The position numbers and the translations under genes are program-made. Positions 51,232 through 62,981 of a stretch of 64,000 nt of DNA are shown in pieces. A model generated the notes under the pieces. That model was not told the DNA's origin. It was given only the letters and a program-made list of their open reading frames with translations, and searched no databases. Source of the DNA: Podarcis bocagei (Eukaryota); assembly GCA_964188305.1 (NCBI GenBank), contig OZ076888.1; one strand, written 5' to 3'. Position 1 is the stretch's first letter, and each line of letters starts with the position of its first letter.

Positions 51232-51670
51232 CTGTATTTTTCGCTCCATAAGACGCACCTTTCCCCCCTTAAAATCTAAGGGGAAATGTCTGTGCGTCTT
51301 ATGGAGTGAATGTGTGGTCCCTGGGGCTGGGGGGGGGACCCGGGCTTCCCCCGCCAGCCCCCAACTGCTCTTTGGGGCTGGCGGTGGGGGAAAGCCAAAC
51401 TTCCCCTGCCAGCCCCGACAAGCTCCTGAGCAGCTCTGGGGTAGCCCGCGAAGCCTCCGCAGGGCAGCGGGGAGCCTTCATCCCACTGCCCTGGGGAGGC
51501 TTCGCGCGGCTTTTGCGGGAGGTGGGAGAAGGGACAGAGCAAGGCTCTCTCACTTCCCCCACCTCCCACAAAAGCCCCCAAGAGCCGCATATTTATTTTC
51601 TTGAACCCCCCCCCCCAAAAAAGTAGGTGCGCCTTACGGTCGGGTGCGTCCTATAAAGCGAAAAATACGG
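51232..51670. mobile_element. pogo/Tc2-like non-autonomous element with GC-rich interior
   Basis: TIRs C(T/C)GTATTTTTCGCT..ATA(A/G)GACGCACC with TA TSDs. Confidence 0.85.
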
Positions 51671-52141
51671 TACATGTATGATTGTAGTACCAAGGGGAGT
51701 ATTCAGTCACCAAGAGCAAAGAATAAATTTGAAAACACTTTGTTAAAGGTATTTCTTAATGGCACACTCATTAAGGCAAGAAGTGAGAGAACAGCTTGTG
51801 AATGGTTTCAAATGATGGCACAGATACTAGCCAAGAGATACTCCTAATACTGATGCAATTGTGGAACAAACGGAACTCCAAACTGCAATGTGGAGAGTAC
51901 AGCGGTAGGCAGAGGCGCATCACCTTTCGCCAACAACAAAATGTTGTTTACTGCTTGGCAAAAGCAATTTCTCTTTAATAAATGCACTTATTGGTGTAAA
52001 AGAATAAAAGGCAGGCAGATGCTTCCGCAACTACAAGTAACAATTTCACATTTATTTTGTAATAAACACTTAACTGAAACAGAACTATGACTGCTGCAGT
52101 AAGTGTGTATGCTTAGGCATAAATCTTAAATTCACATAGGA

Positions 52142-52295
52142 TAATAGAATTGTAGATAGGAAGGCATCATAAGGGTCACCTAGTCTAACCCGGCAAATGC
52201 AGGAATCTCAACTAAAGCCTACATGACAGATGGCCATCCAACCTCTGCTTAAAAGCCTCCAATGAAGGAGAAAGTCCATCACCTCTAGAGGGAGG
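52142..52295 (-). mobile_element. CR1 3' end
   Basis: The minus strand encodes SPSLEAFKQRLDGHLS and ends in an (ATTCTAT)-type tail. Confidence 0.75.
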
Positions 52296-52554
52296 GTATC
52301 CAATGTGAGGACATGGAATCAATTTTGTAGCTCCAGAGACACAGCATGGCCCCTGACGGTCCTGCTCTCTTGTGTCACGTTCCTCCAGGCGTTCACCTCC
52401 TGAATCACTTTCCCTCCTGCCACTAGATAGCACTGCCTCAGAGTAAGTTCCATTGAACTCAGTGGAATCTACTTTCAAATGCAAGTGCAAAGGAATGCAC
52501 TACAGAAGTTGCAAGATTGGAATTTACAGTCTCTGACACTGAAGAAGTTCACAT

Positions 52555-52683
52555 ACAACAACAATTTATTATTTAAATCCCACCCATCTGACTGGGTTTC
52601 CCCAGCCACTCTGGGCGGCTCCCAACAAATTAAAAACAGAATAAAATATCAAACATTAAAAACTTCCCTAAACAGGGCTGCTA
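52555..52683 (-). mobile_element. L2 3' tail
   Basis: CCCAGCCACTCTGGGCGGCTCCCAAC is the reverse complement of a lizard L2 3' terminus, with an (AAT/AAC) tail. Confidence 0.65.
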
Positions 52684-52734
52684 CAAGACAAGCAGATTAA
52701 AAATGCAAATTATAAATATACAGGCGAATCCTGA

Positions 52735-52763
52735 TTTAGTATATGTGCTGCCGAAGCGAGCAC
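52735..52763 (-). pseudogene. U6 snRNA 5' fragment retrocopy (nt 1-29)
   Basis: The minus strand reads GTGCTCGCTTCGGCAGCACATATACTAAA, identical to U6 nt 1-29. Flanked by the 19-bp direct repeat CAGGCGAATCCTGATTTAG (52721-52739, 52764-52782). Confidence 0.92.
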
Positions 52764-52872
52764 CAGGCGAATCCTGATTTAGGCGCATCCTATGTGTGTG
52801 CGATCGTGCACATGCGCACAGTCTGGAAGTTTTTAGATATTTCTAGCCCACCTTTCCTCCAAGAAGCTCAAG

Positions 52873-53163
52873 TGTCAAGCTGGGAGTCAGGAACCAGTCA
52901 GCAATAACTCACAAGGTGTCAATGAAGTTAATTTTTTACTCAAGAAAACAAAACAGCTCAGTCCTATTGAGCACAGCAACTCTTCCCAGCAGGTCTTGCC
53001 CCAATGGGGGAATTGCAACTGAAGGTCCACAGCTCCCTAAGTTTCCTCCTCTCCCAGGTCCTTCCTAAGCAATCTGAAACACCCATGTCTAGTCTGTCTC
53101 TGCTCCACCCTCTTCATACCTTTGTGGGTTCTGAGAGACCAGCAGGGAGGGGACCTGATCACA
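52873..53163. mobile_element. Possible solo LTR
   Basis: TGTCA...TCACA termini with flanks CTCAAG / GTCAAG. No internal coding sequence. Confidence 0.35.
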
Positions 53164-53207
53164 GTCAAGCTTTACTTGTCAGTTTATTTCAGCGTGTTTA
53201 TAAAATG

Positions 53208-53452
53208 TAGGGTTGCCATATTTCAAAAAGTGAAAATCCAGGCACAAAAGTTGTTGAGTATTGTTGGCAGAGTTGTAGAACTTTTTTGGGGGGGGCAAGA
53301 TTTCAAAAGAAGAAGAAGCTTTTAAGCTGTTTTTAAGGAAATTCGACAAAATCTACACTTCTGACATGGGTTGCCATATATATGTTCGGATCTGATTCTG
53401 CTGGCCAAAATCCCAGCAATGTCCAGGAAATTCTGGATGTTTGGCAACCCTA
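53208..53452. mobile_element. hAT MITE
   Basis: TIRs TAGGGTTGCCA / TGGCAACCCTA with an 8-bp TSD ATAAAATG / ATACAATG. Confidence 0.85.
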
Positions 53453-54019
53453 ATACAATGGATGTGGTGATGTTGCAATCAGTGAATCACTTCCCTGTAA
53501 TGAATTCATTTGCATTTCATAAACATTTCAGTTTGACTGACTACAAATGACATTTCATTATTTATTCATCATGTCATTCCATTAGTCTTCCATTAACCAT
53601 TTTTAGCAGTGATCTGTGAATAAGAAACTATTTAATAATCATTTTACCTTATTTTATCTTAGACTTTGAAGTGGTGGACATTTCAACCAGACATTCTAAT
53701 TTGACATGATGTCAAAATTTGAATAATAAACATTATGAAACCTTTATGGTTCTCTTGCAATGCTTAAGGCCCAGAACTCTATCCTACAACAAACAGCATT
53801 GCAGTTAAGAGTCTTAGACAGAATTCACTGCCTGTTAAATAATAAATTATATATATAGGCTGTTTTGTAACATGTAACACATGAATAAGGGAGATGTTAA
53901 ACATATAACAGCATTATGGGGACAGATATCTATTAGCAACAGTTATGTGCAAAAAAACCCAACCCTGAAATAGTTAAGACTTCCAAGTTTGGAATCAAGG
54001 GTTAACTAGGAAAACTAGT

Positions 54020-54147
54020 ATCTGAAGAAGTGTGCATGCACACAAAAGCTCATACCAATAACAAATTTAGTTGGTCTCTAAGGTGCTACTGGAAGGATTT
54101 TCAAAATTTTGTTTCGACTACAGCAGACCAACACAGCTACCTACCTG
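54020..54147 (+). mobile_element. Penelope-like short repeat with minimal hammerhead motif
   Basis: GTAT-CTGAAGA-A-GTGTG(CATG)CACAC-AAAA-GC-TC-ATAC followed by the same body as 8701-8818. 17-bp direct repeat TAACTAGGAAAACTAGT at 54003-54019 and 54148-54164. Confidence 0.75.
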
Positions 54148-54843
54148 TAACTAGGAAAACTAGTTATTCTGAGATGTTATACCATCCCAATAAACCAAAA
54201 GCTGTATGACCGACACAAGTAGATACCACATGCTCATATTGTGTCTGCCATTATAAATTACAATACCAAAGGCTTCATTGGGAACAAATTGATTATTGTC
54301 CTAAGGGATAATGTAAAAGAATGCAGTACTGTACTGAAGCATGTAACGGTTCAGACATTCATGTGTTATGGAATAACAGAAGAACAACCAAATTTATGAG
54401 TGACAGAACAGAAGACAGAGTGAACCTACAAAACAGAGTAGGCCAAAATGATGTACAGTATTTTAAAAATAAACCATTTCTTTCAAACTTCATAGTATGG
54501 AGGTATACCAGTGGGATTTACTTTCTTCTGCATTTCAAATTAGCATTTTGGTTTCATCCAAAGTGAAACTCCTGCACAGTTTGTTCTGCATCATCCAAAT
54601 ACCTTCTGTTGACAGGCTAGCAATCCTCAGCCCCCAATTACTGATGAGACCCTACGTACCATTTGGGAATTATTACTATGTATGACCACACATCAGTAAT
54701 GAAGTGTGCATGTATAAATTTCAAAATGATAATACAGTCATACACCTATTAATACTGCTCTGCATATAAACTGGTTTTTGGAGCATATGGGTAAACCTTA
54801 AAGCAAAAAAAGTTCCCAGCATATATAAGAAAATAACACTTAC

Positions 54844-55193
54844 TCAGTTTTCCTTCTGAGCTTGTCCTCAAAGATATCATTCAGATTTATTGCCACTTGT
54901 CCCAGAAACTTATCAAGCCCAACAAGTGACCTGTGCATCACTATCAGGCAGAGGACGTATTTCTCAGGATTCCCTTCCATCAGCAATCCGGGCAACTCAA
55001 AGGAGGCCTCTTCTTTCCATACAGGATCCAGGGTCTTCTCTGCCACGGAAGTGGAGTATTTCTCCTTTCCCAACTGTATGATTGTGTATGTATCATTAGT
55101 GCCACTTTTGCCCTTTGGCTTCAGGTCTCTGGCCTGCAGGACTGTGACCTGCACGTGAGTTGGGAACCACTTCTGGGCTTGCTCGGCCAACAT
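54844..55193 (-). CDS. RAB11FIP2: RAB11 family-interacting protein 2, coding exon 1 (N-terminal C2 domain)
   Basis: Translates MLAEQAQKWFPTHVQVTVLQARDLKPKGKSGTNDTYTIIQLGKEKYSTSVAEK...RRKTE, the class I Rab11-FIP C2 domain. Ends at GA|gtaagt (donor 54843-54838). 350 nt, phase 2. Confidence 0.97.
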
Positions 55194-55739
55194 ACTGTCG
55201 GCCGGGGTGGGGGGTCTTCAGCAGCAACAGCGACACAGGTAACCTGTTCTACAGGCAGGTACACTTATTACTAAGGCAGCTCACTTTAGGCTGACAGACC
55301 TTTGAGGACATACAGGCACAAGGGTCTCAACTGCTCCTTGGTCAGCTTCCTAACAAGTGGGGCAAGATTCTAGCTTCGATTATGCCCTCAGTATTCATTT
55401 GCACTGTTTCCCTCCCCACTTTCTAGCATCAGCCCTGTTTCCCTGCACTTGTGTTCAGGGCGCAGCTTATATCTTAAGCCCCCTGCTCTGACTCTGGCGA
55501 GCGGGATTTCCACCTGCTACCCCCTTTGCTTTTTAAAAAGTGGCGGGGTGGAGGAGAGGGCAGAAACCAGCACTGCAGGATTTAAAGAAGCAGGGAGAAA
55601 GTCCCCAAGGGAAACTTCCCTCTCCCTCCCTCCCTAGCAAACACCCTCTCTGCGCTTCCCCCACAGCCTCGGGGACGAACCCAGCGCCCTAGGAGTGGGG
55701 CGGGGAAACCCCAAGAGAGCGGCATTTAAAAACAACCAT

Positions 55740-56640
55740 TGGGAGGTGGGCAAAGGGGGCTCCTGCTGAGGGAAACCTGCGCCCGCCCGGGCGAGGCCTG
55801 TCTCCTTGCTTCCCCTTGCGGTTCTCTAATGCCTCCCCCCCCCCCACTGAAGCAGCTGGGGGAGCCTAGCCGGGGCAGAGGGAGAGGCAAAGCCGCCGCT
55901 TCCCGCCCACGGAGGCGTCGCTTGGGGCGAAGTAGCGGCGCGTCCTACCGCGGGAGCGAGAGGGAGAGACGCCCCGCCGGCCCCTCAGCGCTGCCCGGCC
56001 GCCTCCCCTGGGCAGAGGCTGCGAGGCCGCCGGGCCGAAGCCGCCACTTCCGCCTTCCCCATTGTTGCCTTGAGCCGGCGCCGCTGAGTGGGAGAGGACG
56101 AGCAGCAGCAGCAGCAGCGCCGCCTCTTTCCCTGGGCGGTCAGAGGGCGGAGGGCAGGGTTCACACCGCCGCCGCCGCCGCCGCGCCTCTCCTCGCTACT
56201 CCCGCTTTGCCCTGCCCAGATCGCAGCTGCCTCCGCGCACGGGGTGGGGGTGCTTTTATTTATTTACCCCCCCCCCAAAAAAACAAAATCCTTTCCCAAG
56301 GCATACAGAGGAAGAAGGACGGGGCTCCCTGGCAAGCGGAGCATTCCCCGCAAGGCACCGATGCGCCGAGATTGGGTGCGCGCAGCTGAGCACCCTTTGT
56401 AGGACATCTCTCCCTCTCTCTGCGCGCGTCTGGTGTGGCGTTTAAAGTCAGCGCTCCCCCCAGGACTGAGAGATCGGTCTTGCCTCTCTATGTACCCAGA
56501 GTGGGGTCTTTTTCTTAACACCGCCGTCGGACGGTGGGGCAGACGCGGGAAGCCTCCCGATGGGTGCCTAGTCCTTTCGAGCCGATCGGTTTTGTACTTC
56601 TATGCCGCGACCAGCTGTGTGCCCAAAGCGGCTTACTACA
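55740..56640. promoter_or_regulatory. CpG-island promoter of RAB11FIP2
   Basis: Abrupt GC- and CpG-rich block upstream of the start codon, with an ETS-like GGCGGAAGTGG on minus (about 56044-56054), GC boxes and (GCA)n/(GCC)n runs. A possible 5' UTR donor GCG|gtagga lies at 55949/55948. Confidence 0.8.
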
Positions 56641-57390
56641 CAGCAGACATCCCAGAACAGCAAAACGGAGAACGTTGGACATAACAGATGTACAAAAGGC
56701 AAAACATGTCGGTAGTTTCGAAATAACTTGAAATTTAGCAAGCACAGAATGCTAATAGTGCTAGCACAGGACTCACACAATTTTGAGCTTTGATTCGCAC
56801 AAAATCAACCCTGGTAGTTGAAATCAATGGGTGATAGTTAAAGGTAGTCATGATGGGAATAGGTCCACTGAAACTAATGGTCTTAAAAGACCATTGATTT
56901 CTACTGGTCTACATTGTGTGTGAACAGATTTGTTTTAACACTCATTATTCAGTATGTTAAAACCATGACCTCTTTTCTGCCACAATAGAGCTGGGCGGTA
57001 TTCTGCTAAATTTTACTTGGAGTGGTTCCACTGAAATTAACATAACGTAAGTTAAATCCTTTAATTTCAGTGCATCTGCCCCGAGTAAAACTTAGTTAAT
57101 TATCACCTTCAGTGCCAAAGAAACTCTTATTCAATTGCCCATAGATTAAAAATTACATTTTTATGGGTCATGATGGCCTGAGAAACTACAGTGAAAATAA
57201 GAGCCAAACCTGAACTGAAAGGTGGAAAAACTCCAAAGAGGAATCGTAGGGAATGGGCACGATTGATGTGCAGTGACTATAGTGGAATGACCACAAGAAC
57301 AATGAAGTAAAAGACCCCCCAAAGTAGGAAAACAGCACAAAACAGAACAATGATTTTCAGCATACAGGAAAAAAGTGTAATTAATATAAT

Positions 57391-57752
57391 GGACGCGGGT
57401 GGTGCTGTGGGTTAAACCACAGAGCCTAGGACTTGCCGATCAGAAGGTCGGCGGTTCGAATCCCCGTGATGGGGTGAGCTCCCGTTGCTCGGTCCCTGCT
57501 CCTGCCAACCTAGCAGTTCAAAAGCACGTCAAAGTGCAAGTAGATAAATAGGTACTGCTCCGGCAGGAAGGTAAACGGCGTTTCCGTGTGCTGCTCTGGT
57601 TCGCCAGAAGCAGCTTAGTCATGCTGGGCACATGACCCGGATGCTGTACTCCGGCTCCCTCGACCAATAAAGAGAGATGAGCGCCGCAACCTCAGAGTCG
57701 GTCACGACTGGACCTAATGGTCAGGGGTCCCTTTACCTTTACCTTTACCTTA
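57391..57752 (+). mobile_element. Sauria SINE, full length
   Basis: Highly similar to 45150-45512, with an (ACCTTT)n tail. Confidence 0.93.
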
Positions 57753-60560
57753 CTGTTCTGAAGCAGAATTATAGTGCCACAATAATTCCACAAATGGAGT
57801 AACAGCAATTAAGAATGGTAAATTCAGAGAAAAACTAGTTTTAGTATATTATAATTCCCCAAAATATTCAAGTCCACGAGTTTTAATGATAGTAGCATTT
57901 GTACCATATTATTGTTGCTGCATACTCCTTTCTCTCTGCCTTGCTCAGCACCTGAAAAAAGGAGATTCAAGCTGAGCTCCAAAACTTTGAATGATTGGTA
58001 CTGTGTATTACAGGGATTATTCTGGGATAAAAGTGCTGCTAGGAGTGAGATGTTGGTGGCATAATCTTAACTTCTTAACGTTAGGCACAGAAACGGAATT
58101 ACATTTTCTGGAACAGTATGACCATGGAATGGCAGTCCATAACACAGAATAGTATAATAAAGCCTGCTAATGCGTGTCAGGGTATAGAGAGGCTGGTATG
58201 ACAGAAAACAGGAATGTCATGTGACTAAATCATAGTTGACTAATCTTACCTATTTCATTAAAATGTATTATTGAATTAAAACTGTGTGTATCTGTGTAAA
58301 AGCAAAAGCACTGAATAAGAAACATGCTTTGTTTGTATTTAATGTATGTGATGTCACAGCAGGCACCATTGTTGGAGAAGTAGTTCTGCTGTGTTAAAGT
58401 GAAGGCATAATACTTAAAATTTTGCATTTCTTTTCAAGGTTGATCTTTCTTCAACCTTGGGTTCCCAGGTGTTGGACTCCCTTCCCCTATCATCCCAGCC
58501 AGCCTCACCAATTATCAGGCATGATCAGGACCCAGTGCTGAACAACACTGATCTAGTGAATGCAATAATACATCAGTGTTTGTCTCCCCTCTACAGCCTC
58601 TCAGGTCTTTTTCAGCAGCCTAAGTATGTCCAAGACCATACCTTGTCATTGCCTCTTAAAGCAATGATGTTATTCCTTAAAGCTATTCCATAAAATAAGC
58701 ATTTTTAATTGTAAAACCATGGACTCACTGTACCTCAGTTTGGTTCCACAGACCAAACACTGGAAGTGGCACTTTAAATCATACACAACTTGGTATGTGT
58801 GCAATTCATTAATACAGATCGCCAAACACTTTTGTGTCATATGTGCCTTACATTGCAATAGGATTGCACAAAAATAAGGACTATTCCAGCTGAAACAAAT
58901 AGATCTTGTTTGCCCAACACTGGGGCTTGGTGGATTTAATCCTTGAAAATCAAGGTAGGGTTACTATTTTGATACTTCAAAATGAAAATGCAAGAATTTG
59001 ACTATATTTTTCTCAATCAACAAAACAGCATTAATGTAGTAAACTACCTTTACCCAACCTAAAATGAAGATGAAAAAATAGCCCTATCTTTAAAAGAACT
59101 ATCGTGCTGTCAATTAATTAAATTGACAGCACACTAATATGCAAGTATTCCAATCCTATACCCACTTATTATGAATAAGGAGGACTTCTAAGACCACGCA
59201 AGACTTATTTTTTCTTACTGTTTATTCTTCATGTTGATAATTTTTGCCTGAAGATAAGCTACATAAAGCTCAAACCAATTGCTCTGTTTTTCTGTTTCCA
59301 TCAACAAATGATCTGTTCAAGGAGGCCTTATCCATTGGTAATTAATTGATTAATTAATTGTATGTCATGTGTCTACAACTGAGATGTAAAATCAACATTA
59401 ACTAGAATTTACATTCAACAAGAAAATGATTCTCTTTATCTTCCTGTTCCACTTTCACATTCACAAGCAATACATCCCAGATTAAAATGTGTTCTTGGCA
59501 TCCAGTTAAGGAAATTATCTAATGAATGACAAATAATAATACATATTTCCTCTATGGAGAAAACCTGAAATAAGGAAATACCCACCAAAATAATTTGACA
59601 TGTATGAATTAGTGGGTAAATACTTTCATCAGTAATTGTTATCTGCACACATGGGAATAAAAACACAAAGTATGATTGTGCACATATATACACCCTATGT
59701 GAAATTAAATTGGTTTGAAAGCAGCCTCACTCAGCTCAAAGATCATGATTTTTCAGGATTTTTTTCTCCATGTCTGGAGCTCATTATGATTTTCAAAGGG
59801 GCTCCAGTTTGTAGGAGAGGGCAATTCCTGGCACATCAACTCCAAGACTTGATTCAGCTGCCATTGAAGCTTCTGCACTGGAGATATCCAATAACTTCAG
59901 CGTGAGTGGGTTTCCCCTGCCCCCAATATGGGCACAATCAAAAGACATTCAAGCCATCTGTTAATCTCTCTAAACCAGCAATGGTTCGATTTACTTAATG
60001 ATATGTATGTATGTGTGTTTGTGTATGTGTGTCTCCAGAGCACAAACATATGCATTTACATATCTGTCTCCATACAAACTTAGATCATTTAGGAATACAG
60101 GAGTATCTTCATATTAACAAGACTACTATTTCTGCAATCCTGAAATCACTTCATGTGGAAGAATCCATTGACTTCTATAAATATAGCCCTATGTTTATGT
60201 TTTGGGGGTTGCTGGTTTGCTGCATTGGACTTGAAAATGTATGCAAGGACAACCACAAGCACATCTTCCTAGCAATGTTTCTGGGCACAATTTGGTGAAG
60301 TAATGGGATTTACTCATCCCAGCTGTTTGCCAATCCATAGCATTAGCCTGCAGAATTGTTAAGTGACAAGCTGGTGGCAACAAACAACCTTAAATAACAG
60401 GGTGAAGGCCCAGGGATTTAAGATCCTTGCAAGGGTTCCCGTCTTCACAATTTACCAACCATGAGCCCTTTGAAAGGTAAGTTTATAGATCAAATGATGA
60501 ATCTTTAGATACAACTGAACTAGATTACCATGAATGGATTCAGTTTTACAGATTTAGGGG

Positions 60561-60849
60561 TGTTATGTACTGAGTTGAATAGGATCAAAAAGGCAGCAGT
60601 CTGATTGGTTCTAGGATCCAGAATGCAGCAGTTTGATTGGTCCACAGGAGCCACCCAATCCAGCTCCAGGTGGAAGGGAATCCGCAACCTGATTGGCCTA
60701 TAGGAGAATCCCGGAATTAGCCAATCACGTGGGGCCCATTGTGTAAATAATGTAAATAAGGCAGACATTCTGGGGGAACTCCATTCTTCCTCTCCTCTAT
60801 GAGCGGAATAAAGAGCATGAAATCCAATCTTGACTCTGAGTATCTTTCA
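60561..60849 (+). mobile_element. Solo LTR
   Basis: TGTTATG...TTTCA termini, several CCAAT/ATTGG boxes, a TAAATAA TATA-like element and AATAAA near 60808. The TSD is only a partial match (AGGGG / AGGAT). Confidence 0.7.
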
Positions 60850-62389
60850 AGGATGTTTATGAGGACCACTATATTCATTCACTAAGTAGGCCTTCCTCTC
60901 TAGTACAACCTAACCAGTTGAATCCAGCAGAGTGGGCTCAGCTGAGCTACTAATTTACCCAGTGGCCCTTCAATAATTACTATTCAGTGACTGGCCTTGA
61001 TAGTACAACAGCTTTCTTGCATTTACAGCTTTGTTTAAGCAAAGTTTGGTCCACCTGCAACTGTTCAGATAAATCACACAGTATTGGAAACTGCTGCATG
61101 GCTTCTGAGCCATGTGCTATTCCAGCTCCTCCCAGGCATGCCCATGTTTTGCCAGATTCTAAGTCTCTCCACGAGTTCAAGTCGCACCACAGGCACTATG
61201 GCAGTTGTTCTATTAGCACAAGCAGTGATGGGGGTGGGGAGTGACTTTCCCATTATGGACAATTTTGAAATACTAGTAACACAGCATGAGCAAAAGCAGA
61301 ATGACCACACATCCTTTAACACAGTATGGTAACAGACAGAGGTTCAGGCCTGCTTTTGATGTTGCGCCTGCGTGAGTGCAAGCTGAGGGGGCAGAGTGAC
61401 GCATGAGTCAGAAGGAGATAAAACATCACAGTGCAGCTCCAAACCTCCATCTCAACTCCAGCTAATAAAATGGGAGTCAGAGGAGAAGGAAGACACAAGC
61501 AGAAATTCACAGGTGTAAGAAACATCTTAAGGTTTCAGCAGACCTAGCATGCCGTTTCCTTAAAAACAACAAACCAGTTTTACGTAGAAGCTTCACAAGA
61601 AATGAATGAGCCAGTTCCTAATTTATTGGCTATTAGTTGATTGATTTCACAGAATTCTAGATTTTAATATTTCTAATTATTATTTCAAATAGTAGTAAGA
61701 ACTCTTGTGATGTAGTTGCTCAAAAATGGAGAATATACACATTAGGTATGTAAACTAGGCAAGCATACTGTTGTGTCAGCTAATAGGGTAAGTTAGCGTG
61801 GTTTTGGTTTGCTTGGGCTCCTGTGGTTCTCTCCTTGTTCTAACTGATAGGAAAGAAAGGTTGAATTTGAAGGCCTGGCTATGCATTGCTTACTTCCTGA
61901 ACCCCCCAAAAACAAAACACTATAAAATAATAAGACTATATATTCCAACTGTTTCTGTTAGACACAGTCCATTTTTTCCAACACCTGTCTCTGGTAAATT
62001 ACCATCCTTCTTTTTGTCTTATGAGGAGCTCGGGGTTTGTGTTCTATTTATTTATTTACGGTAAGTTAGCCTGTGTGTGTGTATGCGTATAGACAAGAGT
62101 ATAGACTCCCAATAGCAAATGTTACTGAGTGTGTTCTGAGTTGCTACTCTTCTATGCGTAGATCCATTGCATACTGTTTTATCATTCTTACTTTCTTGAA
62201 AAACAATTAAATATCTTAGAGGGCTGAGTTAAACATCAGCTCAGCTGAACCTGCAGTGCAGGGTTGAAGGTCAGGATGACCAATAGAGAGCCAGGCTAAG
62301 AACCTCTAAAGCCATATTATAGGGCCATCAAAAAGCTAAAAGCACAAAGCCATTTTAGAAAGCTAAAGACTATTTCTCTTTCTCATGTT

Positions 62390-62977
62390 TGTCACTTTGC
62401 CACCTTTTGCAGAGGCAGCAAGCATGCAAGCTTGTGGGTGCCGCTAGCTTGCCCCTGCAGGAAGTTTGCTAGTTGAGGTTAAGCCATTTCTGAGAAACGA
62501 CCCCTGACAAAGGCAAGTAGCAGGATGTTTGCTGACCGCCAGGCTCCAGAGATAACGCTTAGGTGTGAAGTTGCTAAACCACAAGGACATTTCTTGGAAG
62601 CGGGGGGTTCAGGGGCACTTCCTGGAACTAGTACAGAGGTTAAGTAGATTATAAGCCAGTAGCGCCACCTAGTGGAATAGGCAACTTGGAACCGAAAGGA
62701 CACACCAAATTTATTCATTGGTTGAGCTTTAATGAATATGCATCAATGACCATAGGAAATTGTCAATCATTGGCTAAAGGGATGCCAAGGGGCTGAACTG
62801 TGCTTTGCAGAAAGATATATAAGTTGACTGCCCCAAAGGGGGGGCGGGCATTCTTCATTTTCCTGAATGCACCCTATTTGCTTTTTGTCGGACAAAAATC
62901 CAAATAAAAACTTTTTCTTTAAGAAACTTTGCTGCCTGATTTTTACATTCCTGGTCTGAATACCGATGTCCCTTTCA
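62390..62977 (+). mobile_element. 5' LTR of an endogenous retrovirus
   Basis: ATTGG boxes, TATATAA at 62816-62822, AATAAA at 62903-62908, and a ..TTTCA end 4 nt before a PBS. The 5' boundary is uncertain. Confidence 0.7.
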
Positions 62978-62981
62978 TTTC

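Noticed and set aside
55739-56389. 216-aa Arg/Pro/Ala-rich ORF
   Set aside because: Typical stop-poor reading of a CpG island.
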